NCBI RefSeq assembly: GCF_001598795.1
Contig: NZ_BCZP01000001.1
Location: forward strand, 570,001-602,000
Origin: Delftia acidovorans NBRC 14950
Lineage (GTDB): Bacteria; Pseudomonadota; Gammaproteobacteria; Burkholderiales; Burkholderiaceae_C
Direction of reading: 5' to 3'
DNA: 32,000 nucleotides
In this document: positions 8,958-18,567 of the stretch, one piece after another
Position numbering within the stretch: the stretch's first letter is position 1
Layout of the letters: each line of letters opens with the position of its first letter
Notes under the pieces: model-generated
What the model saw: the letters and a program-made list of their open reading frames with translations, nothing else
What the model was told of the DNA's origin: nothing
Databases searched by the model: none
Program-made: the position numbers and the translations under genes

Positions 8958-8978
8958 GGGGCATGCCTGGCATGCCCC
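8958..8978. repeat. perfect 10-bp inverted repeat GGGGCATGCC-t-GGCATGCCCC between rlmN and pilW
   Basis: Read directly from the sequence, 9 nt after the rlmN TGA (8947-8949). No T-tract follows. It also reads as a direct repeat, GCATGCC-TG-GCATGCC. Confidence 0.6.
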
Positions 8979-8998
8979 GACGGAACAAAGGACAGTTC

Positions 8999-9859
8999 AT
9001 GAAGTCAGTGGCTCGGCGGCTGCGAACGGGGGATTTCGGTACAGGCATGCGCTGGGCAGTGCCCGCGCTGGTTCTTTTCTTGGCGGGCTGCGCAGGCAAG
9101 CAGCCTTTGGTGCCCCCGACGAATTCTGGCTCCGGCAACGCTTCCTCCGTCTCCAATGCCTCGATGGCTTCTGCCGCCGAGGCCGATCCCCGCCGCCGCG
9201 CAAGCATCCGCCTGGAGCTGGCGGCTTCCTATTTCCAGGCTGGCCGCATCGATGTGGCCCTGGAAGAGGTGAACCAGGCGCTGGCCGCTGACCCCAGTTC
9301 CGCCGACGGCTACGGCCTGCTGGCCCTGATCTACATGCGCAACCAGGACTGGGACCAGGCTGACGCCAGCTTGCGCAAGGCGATGTCGCTGCGTCCCCAA
9401 GACGGCGACCTGCAGCACAACTACGGCTGGCTGCTGTGCCAGCGCAAGCAATACGCGCAAGCCCAGGAATGGCTGGACAAGGCCCTGGCCCAGCCCGGCT
9501 ACCTGGAGCGCCCCAAGACCTGGATGGCCAAGGGCCTGTGCCTGCAGCAGGCCGGCCTGCTGGTCGAGGCCCAGCAGGCGCTGCTCAAGGGCTATGAACT
9601 CGATCCCGCCAACCCGGTGATCGCCTACCACCTGAGCAACGTGATGCTGCAGGGCGGCGACGCCAAGAGGGCGCAGTTCTACATCCGGCGCCTGAACAGC
9701 AGTCCCCAGTCCAATGCGGAAAGCCTGTGGCTGGGGATCAAGATAGAGAGGGCGCTGCAGCAATCTGCAGCGATGCGGCAGCTGGCTGACCAGCTGCACC
9801 AGCGCTTCCCCGAGTCCCGCCAATGGCTGGCCTACGAGCGTGGAGCATTCAATGAGTGA
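8999..9859 (+). CDS. pilW: TPR lipoprotein, type IV pilus biogenesis/stability protein PilW (PilF)
   Basis: Lipobox LFLAGC. TPR repeats (YFQAGRIDVALEEVNQALAADP, GLLALIYMRNQDWDQADASLRKAMSLRP, NYGWLLCQRKQYAQAQEWLDKAL). It sits between rlmN and rodZ, as in Pseudomonas. AAGGA SD lies before ATG 8999. ATG 9047 (MRWAVPALVLFLAGC) is an alternative start. Confidence 0.8.
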   Translation: MKSVARRLRTGDFGTGMRWAVPALVLFLAGCAGKQPLVPPTNSGSGNASSVSNASMASAAEADPRRRASIRLELAASYFQAGRIDVALEEVNQALAADPSSADGYGLLALIYMRNQDWDQADASLRKAMSLRPQDGDLQHNYGWLLCQRKQYAQAQEWLDKALAQPGYLERPKTWMAKGLCLQQAGLLVEAQQALLKGYELDPANPVIAYHLSNVMLQGGDAKRAQFYIRRLNSSPQSNAESLWLGIKIERALQQSAAMRQLADQLHQRFPESRQWLAYERGAFNE

Positions 9860-10837
9860 GGTGTTGGCGGTGCATGACGAAGCAGGTACGCAAGGCGAGA
9901 ACGCACAAACTTCCATGACGGCGGGCACGCTGCTGCGCCAGGCGCGCGAGGCGGCGGGTCTGTCTCTGGCCGGGCTGGCGGCGGCACTCAAGGTGCCAGC
10001 CCCCAAGCTGGAGGCGCTGGAGGCGGATGACTACGCCGCATTCCAGGACCATGTCTTCATGCGGGCCCTGGCGCAAAGCGTCTGCCGCACGCTGCGCATG
10101 GACTCGGCATCGGTGCTGGCCCTGCTGCCGCGCACCCAGCTCAAGAGCCTGGCCGATGATCGCGGCAGCATCAACGCCACGTTCAAGGAGCGCTCCTTCA
10201 AGGCCACCGGAACATCGCTGGGACGTGAAAACGGCTCGCGCAAGGTGGCCATCATCGTGCTGCTGCTGCTGGCCGCTGCCGCTGCCGTCTACTTCCTGCC
10301 CAAGCATGAAGGCGACGCCGAAGAGCCGCAGGCCGGCGCTTCCGATGCCGCTGCCCTGGTGCAGCCTGCAGGGACTGTGTCCGAGCCCGTGGCCGCCCAG
10401 GAGCCCGTTGCGCCTGCGGCGACGACGCCGGCCGATGTGCCGGCTGCATCTGCCCCTGCACCTGCATCTGCACCGGCAACTTCAGCGCCTGCAGCGGCAG
10501 CCGTTCCGGCTCCTGCGTCCACCACAACGCCTGCTGCCCCTGCCGCCGATGCGCCTGCCGAGGGCGCCGCAGCGACATCGGCAGCCACCGCGGCGCAAAC
10601 GCCTGGTGGCGTGCTGGTCATGAAGGCCAACGCACAATCGTGGGTACAGGTCAAGGATTCCAGCGGCCGCGTGGTGCTGCAAAAGACGCTGGCGGCCGGT
10701 GAATCCATTGGCGCCGAGGGCGCGCTGCCGCTGTCGGTCATCATCGGCAATGCCAGCGGCACCGAGGTGCGTGTGCGTGGCGAATTGCTGGAAGTCGCCA
10801 AGACCACCCGCGACAATGTGGCCCGCTTTGAGGTGAA

Positions 10838-10841
<4 letters not shown>
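9852..10841 (+). CDS. rodZ: RodZ-like cytoskeleton protein (HTH + TM + Pro/Ala linker + DUF4115-like C-domain)
   Basis: N-terminal XRE-type HTH ([36 protein letters not shown]). One TM helix ([18 protein letters not shown]). Pro/Ala-rich linker. C-terminal [23 protein letters not shown]...RVRGE. The ATG at 9852 overlaps the pilW stop by 8 nt, with a GGAG SD upstream. Confidence 0.8.
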
Positions 10842-12127
<1,286 letters not shown>

Positions 12128-12270
12128 GCGGCTGCGCCTGCAGTTATTGCAAAATAGATAGCGCGCCACGCTTTGCCTCATTGGCTCTCACGCGAAACAG
12201 GCGTTGAGAGCATGGGGCGAAAAAAGCGGGGTCAGCGCCTGTTTCCGAGCATTCATCGAACGAGAACAAC

Positions 12271-13566
12271 GTGGCCAAACCCGAAAAACTTTCCGCCGTC
12301 AAAGGCATGAACGACATTCTTCCCGCCGAGTCCGCTCGCTGGGAATGGCTGGAAGCGCAGGTGCGTGAATTGATGGCGCGCTTTGCCTACCGCAACGTGC
12401 GCACGCCCATCGTCGAGCATACGCAGCTGTTCGTTCGTGGCATCGGCGAGGTGACGGACATTGTCGAGAAGGAGATGTACTCCTTCGAGGACAAGCTCAA
12501 CGGCGAGCGCCTGACGCTGCGCCCCGAAGGCACGGCCAGCCTGGTGCGCGCCACCATCGAGAACAATCTGCTGTACGACGGCGGCAAGCGCATGTGGTAC
12601 ATGGGCCCCATGTTCCGCCATGAGCGCCCGCAGCGCGGCCGTTACCGCCAGTTCCACCAGATCGGCGCAGAGGCCCTGGGCTTTGCCGGCCCCGATGTCG
12701 ATGCCGAACTCATCATGCTGGCCGTTTCCCTGTGGAAGCAGCTGGGCCTGACCCAGTGGCGCCTGGAAATCAACAGCCTGGGCCAGCCCGAGGAGCGCCA
12801 GGCACACCGCCAGGCCCTGATCGCCTACCTGGAGCAGCACCAGGACGTAATGGACGAAGAGGCCAAGCGCCGCATGTACAGCAACCCGCTGCGCGTGCTG
12901 GACACCAAGAACCCCGCCATGCAGGAAATGGTCAACGGCGCGCCGCGCCTGCTGGACTTCCTGGGCGAGGGCTCGCTGGCCCACTTCGACGGGCTCAAGG
13001 CCATCCTGGACGCCAATGGCGTGCCATGGACCGTGAACCCGCGCCTGGTGCGCGGCCTGGACTACTACAACCTGACGGTGTTCGAGTTCATCACCGACAT
13101 GCTGGGCTCGCAGGGCACCATCTGCGCGGGCGGCCGCTACGACTACCTGATCGAACAGGTGGGAGGCAAGAGCGCGCCTGCCGTGGGCTGGGCATTGGGT
13201 GTGGAGCGTGTGCTGGAACTCGTCAAGGAGCTCGGCACCGACATCCCCGCGCCCACGCTGCATGCCTACGCCATCGTCCCCGACGTGGCCGCCATGCCCG
13301 TGGCGCTGCGCACCCTGCAGCAGCTGCGTGAGGCCGGTGTGCGCGTGCAGATGCACGCGGCCAGTGCCGAAGGCATGGGCAGCATGAAGTCGCAGTTCAA
13401 GAAGGCCGATGCCAGCGGCGCACATTTCGCGCTGATCTTCGGCTCCGATGAGCTGCAGCAGGGCCTGGTCACCGTCAAGTCGCTGCGCGACGGCGCGGGC
13501 CAGCAGGTGCAGCAAGCCCTGGCTGATGCGGCCCAATGGGCTGCCACCCTACAATCGGCGGTTTGA
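12271..13566 (+). CDS. hisS: histidine--tRNA ligase
   Basis: [18 protein letters not shown] aligns with the E. coli N-terminus MAKNIQAIRGMNDYLP. Class II motifs: [41 protein letters not shown] and GGRYDYL. GTG start. Confidence 0.96.
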   Translation: MAKPEKLSAVKGMNDILPAESARWEWLEAQVRELMARFAYRNVRTPIVEHTQLFVRGIGEVTDIVEKEMYSFEDKLNGERLTLRPEGTASLVRATIENNLLYDGGKRMWYMGPMFRHERPQRGRYRQFHQIGAEALGFAGPDVDAELIMLAVSLWKQLGLTQWRLEINSLGQPEERQAHRQALIAYLEQHQDVMDEEAKRRMYSNPLRVLDTKNPAMQEMVNGAPRLLDFLGEGSLAHFDGLKAILDANGVPWTVNPRLVRGLDYYNLTVFEFITDMLGSQGTICAGGRYDYLIEQVGGKSAPAVGWALGVERVLELVKELGTDIPAPTLHAYAIVPDVAAMPVALRTLQQLREAGVRVQMHAASAEGMGSMKSQFKKADASGAHFALIFGSDELQQGLVTVKSLRDGAGQQVQQALADAAQWAATLQSAV

Positions 13567-13636
13567 CCAGCATCCGCAGCTTTTCAAGCGACCGCTCCAG
13601 CGGCGACCTCCATACATAAAGCGACACAGGCGATCC

Positions 13637-14320
13637 ATGGCAAACCATTTCGATCTCGAAGAACAAGAGCAGATAGAGCAGCTCAAGCATTTCTGGAATA
13701 CCTGGGGCACGTTGATCACCGGCGTGCTCGTGGTCATCTTCGTCGGCTTTGCCGGCTGGAATGGCTACCAGTACTGGGAAAAGCGCCAGGCCACGCAGGC
13801 TGCCGCTCTGGCGCATGCCGTTGACGTTGCGCTGGCTGGCAAGGACGCGGCGCGCGCCGGCCAGGCCTTCGCCGATCTCAAGGACAAGTACGCCGGCACC
13901 ACGCAGGCGGCCCAGGCCGGCCTGCTGCTGGCCAAGGCTGCAGTGGACGAAGGCAAGCTCGATGACGCCAAGGCAGCCCTGAGCTGGGTGGCCGACAAGG
14001 GCGACGAAGGCTACAAGGCCCTGGCCAAGCTGCGCCTGAGCGCCGTGCTGGAGCAGCAAAAGCAATACGACGAAGCCCTCAAGGCGCTGGAAGGCAGCGT
14101 GCCCGAATCCTTCGCCGGCATCGTGGCCGATCGCCGTGGCGACATTCTTGCGGCCCAGGGCAAGCAGGCCGAAGCCATTGATGCCTACCAGCGCGCCCAT
14201 GCCGCCCTGGACAAGGGCGTGGACTATGGCCGTCTGATCGAGTTCAAGCTCAATGCGCTGGGTGCTGAACCCACCGTGCTGGCACAGGCCAAGACGTCGA
14301 CTTCGGAGAAGCAACCTTGA
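13637..14320 (+). CDS. YfgM-like membrane-anchored TPR protein
   Basis: MANHFDLEEQEQIEQLKHFWNTWG is followed by a single TM helix (TLITGVLVVIFVGFAGW) and an Ala-rich helical TPR-like domain. Its position between hisS and bamB is conserved. The ATG at 13637 is chosen over the track start at 13448, which overlaps hisS. Confidence 0.75.
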   Translation: MANHFDLEEQEQIEQLKHFWNTWGTLITGVLVVIFVGFAGWNGYQYWEKRQATQAAALAHAVDVALAGKDAARAGQAFADLKDKYAGTTQAAQAGLLLAKAAVDEGKLDDAKAALSWVADKGDEGYKALAKLRLSAVLEQQKQYDEALKALEGSVPESFAGIVADRRGDILAAQGKQAEAIDAYQRAHAALDKGVDYGRLIEFKLNALGAEPTVLAQAKTSTSEKQP

Positions 14321-15498
14321 AAACTTCGGCTGATCAATTGATGGCGATTTCGCGCCCGCGCGGCGTTGCGCGCTGGATGGCTCTGGGCCTGCTGGCCGGT
14401 GCCCTGGGTGGCTGCTCCACCGTGTCCTCGTGGTTCAGCAGCGACACCAAGCCCAAGCCCCAGGAGCTGGGAGCCAACCCCGGCCTGCTGGCCGTGCACC
14501 AGGCCTGGACCGCCAAGCTCGGCGCCGAAGTGCCGCTGGCCACCGACATCCATGTGCAGGGCGACACGCTGCTGATCGCTGCCAAGGACGGCAGCGTCAC
14601 GGCCCTCGATGCACGCAACGGCAGCCAGCTGTCGCGCTTCACCGTGGGCGAGCCGCTGACCGCGGGCGTGGGCGGTGACGCCGAGCGCCAGGCCGTGCTC
14701 ACGCGCAGCAACCAGGTCATCGTCTACTCGCAAGGCAAGCAGCTGTGGAAGCAGCCGCTGCCCGCAGCCGCCTACACGCCGCCGCTGGTGGCGGGAGGCC
14801 GCGTCTTCGTGCTGGCAGCCGACCGCTCGCTGGCCGCTTTCGATGCCGCCAACGGCCGCAAGCTGTGGACCGCACAGCGCCCGGGCGAGCCCCTGGTGCT
14901 GCGCCAGCCCGGCGTGCTGATCGCCGTGGGCAACACGCTGGTGGCCGGCCTGTCGGGCCGCATGGTGGGTATCGATCCCGACACCGGCGCCGTGCGCTGG
15001 GAAGCCCCTCTGGCCAGCCCGCGCGGCACCAATGACGTGGAGCGCCTGGTGGACCTCGTGGGCCGCGTCAGCCGTGTCGGTGACAGTGTCTGCGCGCGTG
15101 CCTTCCAGGCTGCCATGGGCTGTGTGGATACGCAAAACGCATCGGTGCGCTGGACCCAGCCGTCCAAGGGCGCCGATGGCATCGACGGTGATGGTGATGC
15201 CGTGTTCGGCGCCGAGAGCAATGGCACCGTCCAGGCCTGGCGCCGCGGCGACGGCTCGCGCCTGTGGTCCATCGACCAGCTGCAGCACCGCCGCCTGACG
15301 GCGCCGTTGATGCTGGGCCGCTCGGTGGTGTTTGGTGATGACTATGGTGTGGTGCACCTGCTGTCCAAGACGGACGGACAGGCGCTGGCACGATTGAAGA
15401 CGGACGACTCCGGCGTGGCCTCGCCCCCGGTATCGGCTGCCAATACGCTGGTGGTGGTAAGCCGCAGCGGAACTGTGTACGGCTTCAGGCCGGATTGA
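14317..15498 (+). CDS. bamB: outer membrane protein assembly factor BamB (PQQ-like beta-propeller lipoprotein)
   Basis: Lipobox LGGC in ARWMALGLLAGALGGCST. Repeated propeller motifs follow (DGSVTALDARNGSQLS, LAAFDAANGRKLW, GIDPDTGAVRWE, GTVQAWRRGDGSRLW, SGTVYGF). The TTG at 14317 has a GGAGAA SD 7 nt upstream and overlaps the yfgM-like stop. ATG 14341 is an alternative start. Confidence 0.88.
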   Translation: MKTSADQLMAISRPRGVARWMALGLLAGALGGCSTVSSWFSSDTKPKPQELGANPGLLAVHQAWTAKLGAEVPLATDIHVQGDTLLIAAKDGSVTALDARNGSQLSRFTVGEPLTAGVGGDAERQAVLTRSNQVIVYSQGKQLWKQPLPAAAYTPPLVAGGRVFVLAADRSLAAFDAANGRKLWTAQRPGEPLVLRQPGVLIAVGNTLVAGLSGRMVGIDPDTGAVRWEAPLASPRGTNDVERLVDLVGRVSRVGDSVCARAFQAAMGCVDTQNASVRWTQPSKGADGIDGDGDAVFGAESNGTVQAWRRGDGSRLWSIDQLQHRRLTAPLMLGRSVVFGDDYGVVHLLSKTDGQALARLKTDDSGVASPPVSAANTLVVVSRSGTVYGFRPD

Positions 15499-15513
15499 TA
15501 GGTATTTTCGGGA

Positions 15514-16860
15514 ATGAAGCCAGTTATTGCCCTGGTAGGGCGACCCAATGTGGGCAAATCGACGCTGTTCAATCGGCTGACCAAGTCGAGGGATGCAATC
15601 GTCGCGGATTTCGCGGGCCTCACGCGTGACCGCCACTATGGACAGGGCCGCCAGGGTAAGCACGAGTACATCGTGATCGATACCGGCGGTTTTGAGCCAG
15701 ATGCATCCAGCGGCATCTTCAAGGAGATGGCGCGCCAGACGCAGCAGGCTGTTGCCGAGGCTGACGTCGTGGTCTTCGTTGTCGATGCGCGCCTGGGCAT
15801 GTCCGCCCAGGACCACGACATCGCCAAGTACCTGCGCCGGCTGGGCAAGCCCTGCGTGCTCGTGGCCAACAAGGCCGAGGGCATGAAGGAAGGCGTGCAG
15901 CTGACCGAGTTCTACGAACTGGGCCTGGGCGATGTGCTGCCGGTTTCCGCAGCACACGGGCAGGGCGTGCGCGACCTGCTCGACCTGGCCCTGGGCCAGC
16001 TCAACCTGCCCGAGCCCGAGGAAGACGACCCCTTCGACGATGTGGCCCAGAAGCCCATCCGCCTCACCGTGGCAGGGCGCCCCAATGTCGGCAAATCCAC
16101 GCTGATCAACACCTGGCTGGGTGAGGAGCGGCTGGTCGCCTTCGACATGCCGGGCACCACGCGCGACGCCATCTCGGTGCCCTTCGAGCGCGCCGGCCAG
16201 AAGTTCGAGCTGATCGACACGGCAGGCCTGCGCCGCAAGGGCCGGGTGTTCGAGGCCATCGAGAAGTTCTCCGTGGTCAAGACGCTGCAGGCTATCGAAA
16301 GCGCCAATGTCGTGCTGCTGCTCATCGATGCCACGCAGGGCGTGACCGACCAGGATGCGCACATTGCCGGCTACGTGCTGGAAAGCGGCCGTGCCGTGGT
16401 GCTGGCCGTGAACAAATGGGATGCGGTGGACGACTACCAGCGCCAGATGCTGGAGCGCTCGATCGAGACGCGCCTGTCCTTCCTCAAGTTCGCTCCCATG
16501 CATTTCATCTCGGCGGAAAGGCGCCAGGGCCTGGGTCCGCTGTGGAACTCCATCATCCAGGCGCACAAGGCTGCCACCTGCAAGATGCCCACGCCGGTGC
16601 TCACGCGCCTGCTGATGGAGGCCGTACAGTTCCAGACGCCCAAGAAGACGGGCATCTATCGCCCCAAGATGCGCTATGCGCACCAGGGTGGCATGAACCC
16701 TCCGGTCATCGTCATACACGGCAATTCGCTCGAGCATGTGACGGAAGCCTACAAGCGCTTCCTCGAAGGGCGATTCCGGAAGGAATTCAATTTGGTTGGC
16801 ACGCCGTTGCGGATCGAGTTGAAAACCTCTCATAATCCTTTTGCCGACAAGGACAAGTAA
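15514..16860 (+). CDS. der: ribosome biogenesis GTPase Der (EngA)
   Basis: Two tandem GTPase domains, each with a P-loop [10 protein letters not shown] (residues about 9 and about 190), DTGG/DTAG and NKxD motifs, plus a C-terminal KH-like domain. Confidence 0.97.
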   Translation: MKPVIALVGRPNVGKSTLFNRLTKSRDAIVADFAGLTRDRHYGQGRQGKHEYIVIDTGGFEPDASSGIFKEMARQTQQAVAEADVVVFVVDARLGMSAQDHDIAKYLRRLGKPCVLVANKAEGMKEGVQLTEFYELGLGDVLPVSAAHGQGVRDLLDLALGQLNLPEPEEDDPFDDVAQKPIRLTVAGRPNVGKSTLINTWLGEERLVAFDMPGTTRDAISVPFERAGQKFELIDTAGLRRKGRVFEAIEKFSVVKTLQAIESANVVLLLIDATQGVTDQDAHIAGYVLESGRAVVLAVNKWDAVDDYQRQMLERSIETRLSFLKFAPMHFISAERRQGLGPLWNSIIQAHKAATCKMPTPVLTRLLMEAVQFQTPKKTGIYRPKMRYAHQGGMNPPVIVIHGNSLEHVTEAYKRFLEGRFRKEFNLVGTPLRIELKTSHNPFADKDK

Positions 16861-16883
16861 CAAGCTACGGGATTTCGGGAAAA

Positions 16884-16901
16884 CCCTTGTGCGAACAAGG
16901 G
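16884..16901 (+). other. stable hairpin with GNRA loop after the der stop
   Basis: CCCTTGT-GCGA-ACAAGGG sits 24 nt after the der TAA. No T-tract follows (CCCCAAAAC). Confidence 0.4.
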
Positions 16902-16962
16902 CCCCAAAACACTGTGGTAAGGTGTCGGTTTACAACAACACTCTTCGAACACGGAGAATATC

Positions 16963-17214
16963 GTGAGCAACAAAGGCCAACTCCTCCAAGACCCGTTCCT
17001 GAACGCGCTTCGCCGCGAACATGTTCCGGTGTCCATCTACCTCGTCAACGGCATCAAGCTGCAAGGCCAGATCGAATCCTTCGACCAGTACGTGGTTCTG
17101 CTTCGCAACACCGTCACGCAGATGGTTTACAAGCACGCCATCTCCACCATTGTTCCCGGCCGCGCCGTGAACTTCTCCACGGCCGAAGCTGCCGGCAGCG
17201 ACGCCAGCGCTTGA
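16963..17214 (+). CDS. hfq: RNA chaperone Hfq
   Basis: [67 protein letters not shown] start with a GGAGA SD 5-6 nt upstream. Confidence 0.97.
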   Translation: MSNKGQLLQDPFLNALRREHVPVSIYLVNGIKLQGQIESFDQYVVLLRNTVTQMVYKHAISTIVPGRAVNFSTAEAAGSDASA

Positions 17215-17233
17215 GCTCGCTGCGCCCTGATGC

Positions 17234-17280
17234 CTCCCCGCACCGCCGGGGAGCTTCCTCACCCTTCGGGAGAGGTTTTT
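17234..17280 (+). terminator. two tandem hairpins between hfq and hflX; the second is followed by T5 (partial terminator/attenuator candidate)
   Basis: Hairpin 1: CTCCCCG (17234-17240) pairs with CGGGGAG (17247-17253). Hairpin 2: CCTCACCC (17257-17264) pairs with GGGAGAGG (17268-17275), with one A/A mismatch, then TTTTT (17276-17280). The hflX TTG follows at 17282. Confidence 0.45.
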
Positions 17281-17281
17281 C

Positions 17282-18496
17282 TTGAGTTCTGAATCTTTTG
17301 ACCGGTCCACGCCAACGCCAGTGCTGCTGGTGGGCGTGGATTTCGGCTTTCCCCATTTCGATGGCGAGTTGGAAGAGCTGGGCCTGCTGGCCGGCACGGC
17401 CGGCCTGCGTCCCGTTGCACGCCTGACCTGCAAGCGCAAGGTGCCCGACGCGGCGCTGTTCGTGGGCAGCGGCAAGGCCGACGAAATCCGCATGCTCGCC
17501 CAGATGCACGGTGCCCAGGAAGTGCTGTTCGACCAGGCCCTGAGCCCGGCCCAGCAGCGCAACCTGGAACGCCATCTGCAGATGCCGGTCAACGACCGCA
17601 CTTTGCTTATCCTGGAGATCTTCGCCCAGCGCGCGCGCAGCCATGAAGGCAAGCTGCAGGTGGAGCTGGCGCGCCTGCAATATGTGGCCACGCGCCTCGT
17701 GCGGCGCTGGACTCACCTGGAGCGGCAGATGGGCGGCATCGGCGGCCGTGGCGGCCCTGGCGAAAAGCAGATCGAGCTGGACCGCCGCATGATCGACGAG
17801 TCGATCAAGCGCACCAAGGAGCGGCTGCAGAAGGTCAAGAAGCAGCGCGCCACGCAGCGTCGGCGGCGCGAGCGCCATGGCATCTTCAATATCTCTCTGG
17901 TTGGCTACACCAACGCCGGCAAGTCCACGCTGTTCAATGCGCTGGTCAAGGCGCGCGCCTATGCGGCCGACCAGCTGTTCGCCACGCTGGACACGACCAC
18001 GCGCCAGCTGTACCTGAATGAAGCCCAGCAATCGGTGTCCCTGTCGGATACCGTGGGGTTCATCCGCGACCTGCCGCACGGCCTGGTCGATGCATTCCAG
18101 GCCACGTTGCAGGAGGCGATCGATGCCGATCTTCTGCTGCATGTGGTCGACGCCTCCAATCCGAATTTCCCAGAGCAAATCCAACAAGTCCAGAAAGTTC
18201 TGAAGGAAATCGGTGCCCAGGAGGTGCCTCTGGTACTGGTTTTCAACAAATTGGACGCCGTCGATCCGGAGCGGCTTCCAGCGCAGTTGCAGGACCAGTA
18301 CGAGCTTGACGGGCTGCCTGTTTCACGGGTGTTCGTCAGCGCCCGCTCCGGCGAGGGGCTGCCGCAGCTGCGGCAGTTGCTGGCCGAACATGCGCTGCGC
18401 GCGGAGGCGGAACACGCCGAAGCGCACGGTGGTAATGAGCGGGATCAGGAGGAGGTGGATGGCGCGATGCCCCCTGGGCAGGACGCCGAATACTAG
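17282..18496 (+). CDS. hflX: ribosome-associated GTPase HflX
   Basis: HflX N-domain (AQQRNLERHLQMPVNDRTLLILEIFAQRARSHEGKLQVELARLQY). Also GPGEKQIELDRR and G-domain motifs (LVGYTNAGKSTLFNAL, DTVGF, NKLD). TTG start, with a GGGAGAGG SD 6 nt upstream. Confidence 0.92.
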   Translation: MSSESFDRSTPTPVLLVGVDFGFPHFDGELEELGLLAGTAGLRPVARLTCKRKVPDAALFVGSGKADEIRMLAQMHGAQEVLFDQALSPAQQRNLERHLQMPVNDRTLLILEIFAQRARSHEGKLQVELARLQYVATRLVRRWTHLERQMGGIGGRGGPGEKQIELDRRMIDESIKRTKERLQKVKKQRATQRRRRERHGIFNISLVGYTNAGKSTLFNALVKARAYAADQLFATLDTTTRQLYLNEAQQSVSLSDTVGFIRDLPHGLVDAFQATLQEAIDADLLLHVVDASNPNFPEQIQQVQKVLKEIGAQEVPLVLVFNKLDAVDPERLPAQLQDQYELDGLPVSRVFVSARSGEGLPQLRQLLAEHALRAEAEHAEAHGGNERDQEEVDGAMPPGQDAEY

Positions 18497-18567
18497 GGGC
18501 TAGCGCCCTGATTGGGCAAAATGCCGATTGGGTCCCTGTCTTTACCGAAGAAACCGAGACTTCTCGC

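Noticed and set aside
14224-16863. 879-aa minus-strand ORF spanning the whole of bamB and der
   Set aside because: It is exactly antisense to two genes with unmistakable conserved motifs and crosses their intergenic spacer. Its translation is Arg/Ala/Gly/His/Leu-rich with no recognisable domain. Long stop-free antisense frames are expected with strong GC3 bias.
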